From the NCBI GenBank assembly GCA_001949185.1, contig BDGG01000002.1, positions 2,353,826-2,417,825 of the forward strand: a stretch of 64,000 bases of DNA, in the 5' to 3' direction. The first letter of the stretch is position 1; each line of letters opens with the position of its first letter. A program made the translations under genes and the position numbers. The stretch is from Ramazzottius varieornatus (lineage: Eukaryota; Animalia; Tardigrada). Under the pieces are notes generated by a model. The model was not told the DNA's origin, made no database searches, and saw only the letters and a list, made by a program, of their open reading frames with translations. This document shows positions 50,201 through 63,092 of the stretch, in pieces.

Positions 50201-51859
50201 CTGTATGTCTATCAGCAAGATTTTTTGAAGTGCCTCCCGAAAAAGCTACCGTTTTTTCGCAGCCTTTCCGTATGATCTATTAATAATGAGACGTGTATTC
50301 AGCCTACGGAATACTATCCTGAGGATGCCGGCTTGCCTTTCACCACGGAAATGTCGGGCATGCATATGATACTGCAGATCCATTACAACAACCCAGAAAG
50401 AGCGCGTAAGAATTTTCCAAGGTTGAACGAAGGCTGATACTGAACTCTAAATTTTCATGTGGTTGCAGGATTTGTGGATGACTCGGGTTTTAGGTTTCTG
50501 CTGTCAGAAAAGCTCAGAAAGTACGACGCGGGAGTAATCATGGCTGGCGTATTGAGCTTCGACTGTAAGTGTGTGGTTTCCACAGGGCTAACTGATCTGA
50601 TCCGGATCAACGTTCACGACTCCATCTCCTTTGCAGTCACGATGACCATTCCTCCTGGACAAACCAGCTTCCGTCTTCAGTCTCAATGCTCGGACCAGTG
50701 CACTGCCGCAGCTGTAAATTCATCACACATATACATACTGGCTTGAATATTCACAAACCCCAGATTTTCGCTCAGCTTCCATCGGACGGCATCAACATCT
50801 TCAATGGCATTCTCCATATGCACACACGAGGTAACAGAAAGAGGTGATTTTTTCAAAGCTTCTGCCAGTGGTGATGAAGGTTCTTGTCTGCAGCTGTTTT
50901 CTGTTTCAGGGAGGTCCGCCGTAGCGCGGCACTTCCGAGGGAGTCAAGAGATTACTCCGCCCATTGTGAAGAACATGAACTTCGACTTCAACTACCAGAC
51001 GTCGCAAGCGGTGCAACCAACCAGGAAGTTCCTACCGGTCAGTCAATAGAACACGAACAATGGACATTTTGCGGCATACGAATATAGTCAAATCCTCGAG
51101 GTGATATACCTCATTGCAGGGTGATCGTGCGGTACTCGAATGTACCTTCTCGACCGTCAATGAAACGCAACCCGTCTTTGTACGTTCTGCTCGATTCTCC
51201 TGGATTTTACCAATGTAACTCCTTGTACGTATGTCTTTGATGGATTTTAGGGAGGAGAGTCCACCCGGGAGGAAATGTGCCTGGTCTTCCTCTTTTATTA
51301 TCCAAAAGTGGATCTGAACATGTGCGGGTCGCGTTACAAGGTGGAAAAGTATCTCGACGCGATCGGTCTGAGATCCAACACGTAAGTATCATCCTCCAAG
51401 AACGTCATAGGTTCTCACCAGCAGAGACCTGTATCGAAAAGTAACTTGACTGTGAGCGATGCTCTTCGTTCGGAAGGTTGATGAGAAGGCGGTACATCAC
51501 TCAAACTTCGAACGAAACCATGGCTCATGTGTTCATGCCAAGCATGAAGGAGAAGGAAATGTTACGGTACAAGAATCTCATCGACACTCTGAAACGACCC
51601 GTCAGAATGTATTTGGGGAGCCAGACGTGGAGCGAGCAGGATGCTAAGCCCTTGCAAGACCTGTATTCCAGCTATTCCAAAGGAAGTTACCACGGTATCT
51701 GCAAGCGACAGGTGTGTATAAAAGTTTTGCAATTCTTTTGTGTGGAGAGCCGGGAGCTGTGTGTGACAACACCTCTCTATCTAGTGGAATTCCAGCCTCG
51801 TTCTGGTCGACAAAGTTCCAGATATCCCGCCCTATGTTGAACCTGCCGTCACTTATTGA
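47227..51859 (+). CDS. DBH/MOXD1-like copper type II ascorbate-dependent monooxygenase with three tandem DOMON domains (about 18 exons)
   Basis: Signal peptide, then three copies of WGTN.THIE.QLTYPT.GW.A.GLSP.GGM..ADVL.GY.ND. Catalytic core has TNYYCK, FIHHMLMY, QIHYNNP, DDSG, LHMHTRG, FDFNYQ, GDRAVLEC and EEMCLVF. Stop at 51857-59. Confidence 0.92.
49689..49766. repeat. Intronic hairpin with 28-bp arms
   Basis: 49689-49716 matches the reverse complement of 49739-49766 at 26/28, with a 22-nt loop. Confidence 0.85.
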
Positions 51860-52059
51860 TGCTCTTAAATCTCACTTCCCACTCAATCCACCTTGCTTTT
51901 CCTACTGGTTCTGTCTCTTCCGGATAGGTGGATCGAACTAGTGCAGCGTGATTACCTGCACTCCACACTGTGTAGGACGGTACTTTATGCGAGTGAGAGC
52001 AATAATTGACAGTCTAACACAGGACGACCCAAGAGACAGGAGATCCTTTTTTACTGACC

Positions 52060-52081
52060 GAATGAATGAATGAATGAATGA
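52060..52081. repeat. (GAAT)n microsatellite
   Basis: Directly visible. Confidence 0.9.
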
Positions 52082-52365
52082 AATGCAAATAAAAACCGAA
52101 TGCTTCTTAGAATATGTACCTGGTTACTATCCATGCGTGAACCGGGGGTGGGACACGTACGGGACATTCAGGTAACATATAATTTGAGAGCTAATTAGAT
52201 GAAATTTCTCGCTGCTGACATACCATTTTTCTTCTACAAGAAGCAGTAAGCTGCATGCTCGTTCATGGTTCGTTACGTACACTTATAGTGCCTTGTTGTG
52301 GACTTGGACTTCAACCACACAGCAAAACGCTCCAGCCAGCCAGTTCATGGTCAGGGCGATTCGGT

Positions 52366-55300
52366 ATGCATTCTTTTATCGCTTTGTGTTTGGTCGGACT
52401 ATTTTCTTCCATTGCCGGCTCCCAAGTGAACGTGATTGGCGTTTATTATACCGGCCATAGTCCACAAAACAGATATCTCTCAACCGGGCCGGCATACGTA
52501 TCCGCTTTGGAGAAAGCCAAAGTTTTGTACTCAGATGTCTACCAGAATCTCAGCCTTCACACAGTCAACTATCCCGGAGGACTTGTCTCGTGCGCAGAGG
52601 GGGCGGTCCAGATCACGCTTGCGGCCGGAAATATCACAGCCTTCCTGAGGGCCCTAACGGGATTTCCAATCATTTTCACCTCGGGTACACTTCAACTTTC
52701 AACCCATTGGCGTTATGGATACTTGGTCTGACCCTCCAAAGTTGTTTCAGGCTGCAGCGCGGAAACGATGGCACTTGGAGATTTTGCCAGAGGTAACATT
52801 AATTACTGTAGCACACCTTTTTCGGTCCGCGACAGTGAAACTGCGTGAACAATTCAGTGTCGAATGTACAAAATCTTTCTCGGTAAAGACAGTAGGTACT
52901 GCAGAAGTATCACCTGCCGATGACGTTAAGTTTCAGGTAATGGTAAAGTACGATGACGAAAGCAGAAGGGCTGGAGTAGTCGATCGAATGTAAACATTCG
53001 AAATCAAGCTCAACCAGCAAAACGCCGCGTTGACGGTTACGTCATTGAGTTCGCCAAATTTCTATGATTGTCTCGTCGGCAGGTCTTACATCTGGGCAAT
53101 ATCTGTACACGCACGCTGAGGAAGTATGCCATAGACGCTTTTATTAGGCTCAGTTTTGACTGGCTATTCGAAACGTGACGTGTCACCACGCCTGATGCTT
53201 GTGTAGGGTGACGCAGAGGAGCTCGTGTGCGATCGTTTGACCGCTCTGACTGATACACACTCGCAATGTTTGGACTGATGCTCAGAAGAGCTTTCCATAA
53301 TGGCGCAAACTGCTGACTCACACAGCACTCTGGCAAGCTCTTCCGGGATCATCTCTTTGTGCCACTTGCCTAAATTGTTGGCAACGTTGTCTGTGCACTG
53401 TGCTTGCTGGCACAGAAACGTACGCCGTCGTACAACACTCGTTTGATACTGACCCCGTACATGCAATCGCGGCGGGCACAGCGGCGTTTTGAATTATTAA
53501 AAGTGGCTATAAAGTATGGGCCAGTAAGAAGTATGGACCAGGCGGAAAAGATGGCAAAGTAGACAATCAACCGTAGAAATTGCCGAAAAGTGCATTACAG
53601 CGAATTGTTCGCGTACGTACGTACCTCCCTGCCGCCGTTTCGGAATCGCCTGCCTAAACGCCCTCAGCGTGCGTGTACAGCCTAGAGCACGGAATCTGGC
53701 CGCATGCGCTGCACTGCACTGTAGCTGTGCTGTGCTGCAGCACAGCTGCAATACGGAAATCGACGAGATTTGTGCAGCACAGCACAGCATGCAGCAGGAA
53801 GCCGAAGACTGCCGCGCAGATCCACGGACCAACACTTAACGTTGAAAGTTGTGCAGCACAGCGCAGCGTACAGCGACCTGGTAGCGTGCGCAGCACAGTT
53901 GCTGCGTAATTTTGAACCTGCGGCCCAGTGCTCTAGTACAGCCGCCCCTGAAACTGTTCGAAATCATGATATTAAATCTTCCCTTCGCGGGACCGCATGC
54001 TGCACTTCATCGTGACACCAGCGGGTACACAGGATTCTCAAAAATATCTGATTCTTAACCGGTATGCTTCATCCTCGCTTCAGAATGGAATTTGCCGCTG
54101 TTCTCGAAGTTAGTAAACTTCATTTCATTTTGGAAAACAACGACCTGGGTCAATCTGGCAGCTCTACTAAAGAACAAAAGTTTAGTGTCGCAGGAGATAC
54201 TCGGCTGAGCAATAAGCAGCGTTACCCCACAGTGGTGACCGCCGCAGGAACCGACCATACTAGCATGGCAACGGGAGTTTTGCAGTTTATGGACCAGTTT
54301 AAGTGGCGAACTGCTACCTTGATTTGCGACAGCCTGACGCAGTACCCTGGTCTTAGTACTTTTGTCATTACTTCCTGCACCAACCTGCGCATGCTGCAGC
54401 AGTCGCGACGGTCTGCATACAACTTTTTCAACCTGGATCTAAATTCCGCTGTAACTCAGGACTACACAACCTTCCTACAACAAGCCAAACTACAATCACG
54501 AAGTATGTAACTAGTCTGAGCTTTGAACAAGACGTTTATTGCTCTTTGATTTGGTCATATGTTGGTCTACCGATCATCTTGATTACAGTAGTCATTCTCG
54601 TAACTCATCCTAAAATCATGCGCGATATACTGGTAAGTTTATCCACTATTATGTACAGCACATCCTACAGTGTTTACATTAATACGCGGAGATTAACCGT
54701 CAAAGGGGGTAGAATGGACAGCTGTGGCCCTTTTAATTCTAGCCAATCGCAATAGTTTGTTCGTATATTCGCTGACATTACTGGCCAAAATCTGGGTGAC
54801 TGCGCCTGTCCATTCCACCCATGTCCGCGTATACTGTATAAGCTGGCAATGCAGTCAATAAAAGTGAATCCTTTTCTCGTTTGATTTTTCGTGTGTCCGT
54901 AGCTGGCTGCCTATGCGATGAACATGACCGACGGCGAGTACGTAAGTAAATGACGCGCCTGCAGCCGACAGAGACCTACTGCGGTAGGGTTCGAACGAGA
55001 GCAAATATTTGCGCGAGATTCACTAATAGTCGTTTGCAGATGTTTCTTGCCGCCATGAGCACCTCGGTGCCAACGAGAGGACCAATAACGTGGAAGTTCC
55101 AGGATGGTGAAGATAAGGTGTGCTAGTTGATTTTCAAGTCTGATTTTCGTGTTCGGGACGTGGGCAAACGAGCAAACGGGCAGAACGTTAATCCTCATCT
55201 CAGCTGGCGCAAGTTTTCATTGTGACTGGCTGGAGGTGCGCCACTTAGGAGAACGGTCTGGATCAACACATTTGCCCATGTCCCATTCTGCTGAGATTAT

Positions 55301-58300
55301 CAGCTGGACGCCGCTGAAACGGACGCAAAGATTTCTGACGTTGGATAATCTTGCAGGTGGCGTTCGAGGCGTTCAAGAGCGTCATCACATACAGTAACAT
55401 CGATCCGAACTGGAGAGAAGTCACTGACTGGACAGATCAGATTGCTAGTACTGCGAGCACGCGTTTCAACCTGACTCTACCTAACGAACACAAGGTACGG
55501 TACCGGCGAAGCAAATTGTAATGAAATGCAGCCTTGTTAAATTTGCCACAAAACCCGGGATTTCGCTGTGTTCCTAGTACAACGACTTTGCGATATCGGC
55601 ATTTGAGATAATGCTGGCCTCAGCGGAAGTAAGGAAGACTGTTATCTGTCAGACTCCATGGTCAAACTTTTGGTGATAGGTCCTTCAGTCGGTTTATCTG
55701 GAAACCGATCTCGACGGAAAGAGATTCGCCCAGCTTTTCTGGAACAGAACGTTTCAATTCCCATCTCGAAACCTGACAATCGGTCCATACGGTGTGTATC
55801 CAAGTTTGATTGTGACCTCCGCTCTGTTGGGCTTAAGTACAGCTTTGGTCACCTGTGCTGTTTAGCTGCAGACCTTAACCGTAGCTCACAACACTTTGGG
55901 GCAGTAGGAAGTTTACATTAGACGGAAAAGACGGCAGATCAAAATTCAACCATAGAAAATTGTCAAAAAGTGCATTGGTAGGAATCGCACGCGTACGTGC
56001 TCGTTTCCGTCACGCTGTTTCGGAATCTCCTGGTCCAACTTTTTACTGCCCCAAACTTCGCCTTCATGCATGTAACAGTGTTGTTTTACTACGACTTTCC
56101 GAGTTTAACTTCTACTTACTGTTAATTAAAACTCCCCAAAACTGCCAACTTTTAATTACTCCCGGCGCCAAACTTGAGGAGTGGAACTTTTGCTTAATTA
56201 AAAGTCCGCGGTTTCCCGAATTAAATTTTCACGGACCATTCACGGACCATTTTCGAAAATTTTAGTTCATGCAAACGGCTCATCTTTGGCCGACATCGTT
56301 CCACCTAGTTTGCATAAAGCAAACCATGCAATGCTCTGAGACGAACCTTTAAACAGAAGGCAAAAATATCAGCATAGAAATTCCAAGCAACAAATCGATA
56401 ACATTTTGTACGACACATTGCAGAGTTTTCGTACTGTAGCTATATTGTGCTGTACTACACACTGTACTGTACTGTACTGTACTGTACTGAACTGTACTGT
56501 ACTATACTATACTGTACTGAACTGTACTGTACTATACTATACTGTAGCTGCAGTGCCAGTGGGAGCAAGCGAAACGGTAATCATGTCTAGGGCATACCAT
56601 AGACGAACATGCAGACAGTGGGTCTGTTCAGACAAGGTCCGGAACCGACGCACTGTACGTCATTTAAAAATTTGCGATGAAGTCACGGTTTTGCTAATTG
56701 AATATCCGAACTATCTTTCGCTTAGTAAAATTGCTGTACTGCGTAAAAATACAGTGCTCCGTTCTTTTACTTTTTTGTTTTACCACAGCCTGCTGGTCGA
56801 CTTCAAATTACTTTAAATTGGTCAGTAAAAGTCAGACTGGGGAACCGCTAATTTTGATTAGCATAGTAAAAGTCGAAAAAGCCGGTTTCGAGGTAGTTCT
56901 TCTAATTTTACTAATCAAAACAGCACTGGCATGTAAATGCACTATGCCGATCTGCGCCTGGCACAGCGGATCGCAACCTCTACACGCGCGACGGGAAATT
57001 ATGGGGCCAGTAAAAAAAACATTTCGCTACGGCGGTACGGAAGCACGTACGTACACGACTGATTCGTAGTAATGCACTTTTTGACACTTTTCTACCGTTG
57101 AAATTCCATTTTGCCGTCTTTTCCCATAATCTTTACTTGCCCCGTAATTTCTTGTCGGGCGTGTACGTGTTTAGTGTAACGAGTGGGTGGAGTCAAATCG
57201 CTGTGCTAATCGAAACCGCTCAGCTAATACCAGATAGAGGACATGATTCCACCGTTCCTGTTTCTGGGACGTAGCTATGTGGTTATATTTCTAGGCGCAC
57301 AGCAGTACCTCGCTTGGTTTTTCGTCCCCTGAGTAGACAAACTTATCTCCCAGTGCTATAGATAGGTTTTCGAATGAGGAGAAGTTTAGAATCGAAGAAA
57401 CGGATCTTGGGAGGAAGAGGGATTTGACTAACGTTGGAAAGCCTAAATTTGTATCAACCGGCGTACGGTGAGAAATGAATCAAACGTTGACAATAATGCT
57501 CAAACGTTTTGAAGCCGCTAGGATTACGTCCCAAAAATGGGTACGGCAGACTTATGTCCTCTATTGCTCTACCTCGTACTGATAACTATTATCTATTAAT
57601 ATCAACTTCTCCAATTGCAGGAACACGTGTGGTGGACGTTGTATTTTCCCGTCTCAACATTACATCTGGGGGGATCGAGGTACAATTAGTAGTTTCTCCA
57701 CAGCCTATATTCTACAGTACATCTTAAACAAACCGTGTACCATGACCGTTTTATTGTTGTTCAGGAAAACTGGCGGTATGGAGCCACAAGGAAAACCATA
57801 GTAGCGACCAGTACGAGGGCCGCATCTTGGCCCTGGACAGGTGGCGCTCCACCGCTCGATCATCCGCCATGCGGATACCGGGGAGAACTGTGCAGCGCAA
57901 CAAGTACGTGCTGTAACCTGCAGGTACCCCCATTCCAATTGGATGTACACAAGCAGTTTCGTTTCCCATAGCTCGTGCTTTTGCCGCCGAGGTCCCCGCG
58001 GTCGTAGCAGCTATGGCACTTACAGCTCTGGTGTGCTCCATATGCTGTTATCTTAAGTAAGTAAGCCACCTAAATTGCTTCTTACAGTGAAGCACCAAAC
58101 GTTCTTAAAGTTTTGCGGCAAGAAACCGAAGGAAGAAAATGGATTTCATGGTGTGCTAAAGTGTGAGAATCAAGAATTTATATGGGGAAAACGGCCACCT
58201 CAATTGACTTAGCAATCAGTTCACAGCGGAAATTTGACTGAACGAGAGTCTGTGTAAAATGTTTTCGTCTGAGCAATCAAGGCTTCAATCAAACCAGTCA

Positions 58301-58700
58301 GCGAGAGGCAGGAAACGGGCAGCCTAGGGAACTGCGGTTCTCGTCACTTGCCTTTTGGCACAGTGACGAAAATCAGTCAGGGTGAAAGGCGTGCGGCAAA
58401 ATATAGGCACGATCGCGGTTAATTTTCTGGCACAGCCCTGACGACGATTTCGCCTTTCTTTTTCATATGGCTTCATATGGCTCACCATGAAATTTTCGAC
58501 GGTTTTCGGTTTCTCGGCGCAGTACTTATAGTCCGTTTGGCGCATAAGTATTCGAACTTTAGAAGTGATCTTCAACTGGCTGTACACTGTACAGGAGACT
58601 CAAAGCTGACAGTTCTGCTGGCTGGTGGTTAATATGTGATGAGCATCTCGTGACTGCCGTCTTGCCGAAATCTACCAAACTGGACTTATCCTTTTCCTAA
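52366..58700 (+). CDS. ANF-receptor-family single-pass receptor without kinase-homology or cyclase domain (NPR-C-like architecture)
   Basis: Signal peptide, GCSAETMALGDFAREWNLP, RLSNKQRYPT, FMDQFKWRTATLICD, NMTDGEY, DGKRFAQLFWNRTF and WPWTGGAPPLDHPPCGYRGELC. TM exon 57972-58055. Final exon 58595-58700 RLKADSSAGWWLICDEHL...FS*. Confidence 0.82.
53500..53950. repeat. Intronic dispersed repeat plus GCAGCAC/TGCAC-rich repeat
   Basis: 53540-53650 aligns with 55920-56030 (direct) and 57045-57125 (inverted). 53700-53905 has recurring GCAGCACAG motifs. Confidence 0.6.
56450..56546. repeat. (ACTGT)n-type microsatellite
   Basis: Directly visible pentamer array with a higher-order duplication. Confidence 0.95.
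56983..57163. mobile_element. TA-flanked MITE
   Basis: CACGCGCGACGGGAAATTATGGGGCCAGTAAA versus the reverse complement CACGCCCGACAAGAAATTACGGGGCAAGTAAA. TA at 56981-82 and 57164-65. Confidence 0.8.
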
Positions 58701-59023
58701 CACATCCCGCGTGAGGTCTCTAGATGCCAGCTACCGCACACCAGCACTATAAAGCGTGCACCATAAATAGCGAATACTGCACGACCCATGTTCCGGGCGC
58801 GTATGTCGGAAATGATCGGAACTTTCATCCCGAAAGACTGCTATATGCGTGAGGGTGAACTGCCGACACCCGACAGCTGGCAGTGGTGGTTACGTAACAT
58901 TTCGGAACGTTAATGCAGTAGGGCTGAACGATTAGCGCCTTATGTTTCTCTTTGACGATTGTACGTATAAAAATAATGGACCAAAGTTATTGAGATGACG
59001 TTGATCCAGATTAGAAAGGGTTA

Positions 59024-59877
59024 CTATAGAAGTGACTCGCACTGAAGCCTGGAGGATGACTGAACGCTTGTTCCCGCTCCAAGTCCCAAAATACCCTTGT
59101 TTTTGTCTGAAAGATGAACATGAACAGTAGAAGGCGCCACTTTTCGGTAGAACAATGAAGCGATACACAGCAACACAGATTTGACTTCGACAACGCGAAT
59201 ATGATGATCGAAACAGAACTTTCGAAATTTGCGTAGGCCGTAATCATAGGTTCGTCTCGTGGAAGGAGAAATATGGCCTTTTAAGAGCTTTTTGGCAGTG
59301 ACTTCGAGCTTCATTTTGCACGCAGGTAGGCAGAATGAAGTGGGGTAAAGCGATCGGGAAGGAGAGAAGATCTCGGGTTAGCAGAAGGAGCAAGAGAGCG
59401 GAAACGAGAGAGATCGTTACGAGAAAGAGCTTCAGCGACGCCATTGTCTACACCAGAAAGATGAAAAAGGCGAATAACAAAATTGTGGGTGGCCGAGATG
59501 GAAACGATCTCACGAAGTAAATGGAGGACGGCGCGGCTTGATGAGCCTAATTTGCTGAAGGCTTGGACTGCGCCCAGATTATCACACTGGAAGGATATTT
59601 GTCGCTTGGTGAAAGATGAGCTCCATAAAGAACAGGCAAACACGATCGGTATTAATTCAAGAAACTCAATACTGAAGGAAGCAAAGAGGACCCAGCTGGG
59701 CCAACGAAGACTGAACCATTCACCATCAAAGTACCCGCCGCAGCCAAGGGTTGCGGTGGCGTCAGTAAAGAGATTGATGGTGGAAGATTGTAACAAAATG
59801 CGAGGAGCTCGCAGAAAGAAGAATGAATCGAGAGATAACTTGGTGAATCGATGGCCATGGTCAAGAATGGCTGACAC
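59024..59877 (-). mobile_element. Ngaro/DIRS remnant: RNase H and truncated tyrosine recombinase
   Basis: 59311-59877 has LFTDA..GCGG..W, IEFLELIPI, CDNLGAV and HLSGVDNGVAEALSR. The ATGA-overlapping ORF 59314-59024 reads ISPSTRRTYDYGLRKFRKFC (YR N-terminal domain). Confidence 0.88.
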
Positions 59878-60517
59878 ATACGTTCACATCGAATGCGTAC
59901 GAGGAGAAATATGAGAAGGAAAAATCTGAGGAGGAGGAAGTCGCTCCATAGTTAACCGAAAATAAGTTTCCTTATTTTCTATTTTGCAATCTTTGGAATC
60001 GGACGACGGGATCGGCAGATATGGTGAATTAAAGGAAGACTATGGGGTGTCGATGAATAATGACCGTGACTGTAGTGGGCGTAGCTAACCAATAACTTTA
60101 CTCGACTGGCCTTTTGTCTCAGTATTAACCTTTATACAGTCCGCCACTGGGTTAGTTAGACTAGGTACTGTAATTTTGTCGGCTGTGCATTTAGATCGCG
60201 ACGGAAGTGACTAATTCCATGGCAGCGCAAGCCATGAGCATGCAGTCTGGCGACAAGGGATTTCGCTTGGCAGACTCCTGATCAGATTTCCGACCTTTGA
60301 ACCATTGGGTTAGAATACGAACAGATTGAACCCTGTGCTGGCCATTACAAAGTGTGAGTTTTATGTAAACTGTGTGACTGAAAGCCGTGTACGCCTGCTG
60401 AACTTTCTGACTTGAAACAAGGGCCGACTTAGCTAATCAGAATTGCTGTAGCTGGTTGGTGAGTTGGTTGTCTGCTCGTTTCTGGGCTGACCAGCATTTC
60501 AGCTAAAATCCTGCAGG

Positions 60518-62465
60518 ATGATTGCATTTGTATTGGGTGTGTTCGCTTTGCTGACCGCCGCGTGTTATTGGTGGGCCAGCAACTCATCTGGCAACAATTT
60601 GAACAATTTTCCGCCAGGACCTCCGGGATTACCCATCGTCGGTAATCTCTTTCTCTTTGCGACTTCTTCACGGCATACGGTCCTTCGGCAATATGGAGTC
60701 AAATTCGGCGGAATATTTAGCACCATAACCGGAACTCAGTAAGTAGGGCCACAACTCTTCCTGCTCACCGTTTTTGTTCTAGTTTCTTTCAGGCGTGTCG
60801 TGTGGGTTACTTCATACAAACTATTCCGCGAAGCCATGATCGATCGCACGTGGGGATTTGCAGGCCGTCCAGATTCGATATTCTTCAAAGACCAGTCCAC
60901 CATCAACCATCCAGGTTTTAACGTTCACATACTTGATATGCAAAATCGGCAAATCTTCTTATGCAGATTGCAGTTTTGGTTTACTGATGCTAGTCTGGCC
61001 GACCGAAACAATCGATGAAATGTGTGTGACATATGTTCGCGTTTCCGATATAGGTATCATAGCGAGTGGAGTTGAGGAGTCCTCCAAAGCTGTGCGGAAG
61101 TTCGCCCTGATCACTCTTCGCAGCCTAGGCTTCGGCAAGCGTTGCATGCAAGATTGTATTCTTCAAGAAGCCGAGAACGTAATCACAGAGTTTCGCGAAA
61201 AGAAGGGCGAACCTTTCAACCCGAGGAACGTTGTTGCATTAGCTACAGCCAACGTGATTGCTTCGATTACGCTCGGAAAAACTTTTAAATATGGTGAGAA
61301 CGACCAAACGGTTGATTCATAATGTTGCATCCCGTTCTCAAGCATAAAGCTTTATTCGTGAAATCTTATTATGGTCAGGCGATGAAGGAATGATCGTGGT
61401 AACAGAGAAAATTAATCTCGGCATCAAACAAATTCTGATCGCGGCCCGTGATAAAACGTTTCCATTCATGAAGTACCTGCCCAACAGTGGACGAACAATC
61501 ATGGCGGAAATCTTCTACTCCATAAAAGGCTTCCTCAACAAAATCATCGACGATCATCGAACCACGCATGTTCCTAACGAGCCCAGAGACTTTATCGATG
61601 CTTGGCTGGACCAAAACTCACAGGTCGATAAAACCGCCGACTCGATATACTCCTCGGAACGTCTCCCAAATGTCCTTATCGATCTTTTTGCCGGTGGTTT
61701 TGAAACCACCGCCACCACGTTTCAATGGTAACTATTCCTGCAGAGCTGAACAAGACTGGTTTATACGCAGGTGGTCTTTGCAGGTTGTTCGCCATGATGT
61801 TGCACTACCCGGAAGTCCAAAAAAAGATTCATGAAGAACTCGATCGAGTGGTGGGCGCCAGCGCAGAAGTAACTCTTGATCAGCGGGAGGCACTGGTGTA
61901 CACGGAGGCCGTGATTCTGGAAACCCTTCGAGTCTACCCTCTAATTCCTTTCGCTGTACCACATCAAGCTACAGAGGACACAATGCTTGGTGGCTACGTG
62001 ATACCGAAAGGTACACCTATACTGTTTGCGTAGAGAATAGGTCCGGTGTATCACTCACCGGCCCGATATGGAATGTGCCAAGCATGTCAGGCTGTTTCGC
62101 TTATCGATGGATGAACTGACCGTCGACACGCGGAATATTTTTCAGGTACTCAAGTGATGATGCATTTGTACTCCGTTCACCACGACCCAGAATTATGGGA
62201 GGATGTAGAAGACTTCAAGCCCGAACGGTTCATAAAGGATGGAAAAATCGTAGTTCCCGAATACTTCGTCCCGTTCGGCGCCGGCAGACGTTCGTGCATT
62301 GGCGAACAACTGGCCCGCAAAGAACTTTTCCTAGTGTTCGCTAATGTACTCTCCAACTTCAAGCTGGAGCTGCCCTCTGGGGCGCAACTTCCTTCCCTAG
62401 AACTGATGCAGGCTGTTGTTCTGTATCCCAAACCTTTCGACATTGTTGCAAAATCCAGAAAGTGA
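60518..62465 (+). CDS. Cytochrome P450, CYP2 clan
   Basis: Exons 60518-60738, 60793-60914, 61054-61293, 61379-61727, 61784-62010, 62146-62465. Motifs PPGPPGLPIVGNL, AGGFETT, ETLR, PERF and PFGAGRRSCIG. Confidence 0.95.
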
Positions 62466-62786
62466 TGCCGTATCTGGACAAGCCGAACGCAGGACTTTAT
62501 AGGTCTCACGACACGCCTGACGGTACTCTCTTTATCATTAGTCAGTGGCAAACGAAGCACCATTTACCACTGATATATCGTAAGCTGTAAGAGAAAGAAC
62601 CGAATTTGAGGTAGCCCGTGTAAGTTGATCGAGGTGGTGAAGGCCGGGCGATTGGCAGCTTGGTTTTTTAACGTTTACTTCATCTGATACGTGTTATCGT
62701 ATCGTTGTTCTTCGATTTCGGGCAAGCGGTCATCAGCCAGTTTCTTTGTGGACCCGCGGTCCATGAGGTTCTCTGGCACAAATAGG

Positions 62787-63092
62787 GAGCCGCGTTCCAT
62801 AGGCAAATTTTTGTCATGAAAATTTGCCTAATAGAAAAGTTTTCGAACTTTGTACCTTACGTCACGACTCGAGTCACCGGCTCCGGTCGGTACAAACGGC
62901 TCGATCAAATACCTGCATAAAACGCGCCTAAGAAGTTTTAATTCAATAACAGCAGCGAGGGAGTCGGGCGCAAAAAGACTGACACTAGACAATTAGCTAC
63001 ATCATCTGTGCACTCTTTACCGTATTCGGTCGACGAAAAACCCGTCAGTATTAGGCAAATTTTACAACGATGTTTGCCTACGGGATGCGCCT
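62787..63092. repeat. MITE-like element with palindromic TAGGCAAA...TTTGCCTA units at both ends
   Basis: 62800-62830 TAGGCAAATTTTTGTCATGAAAATTTGCCTA and 63052-63080 TAGGCAAATTTTACAACGATGTTTGCCTA. Confidence 0.5.

Noticed and set aside
56406-56816. ORF with CTVLY repeats
   Set aside because: It is the translation of the (ACTGT)n microsatellite.
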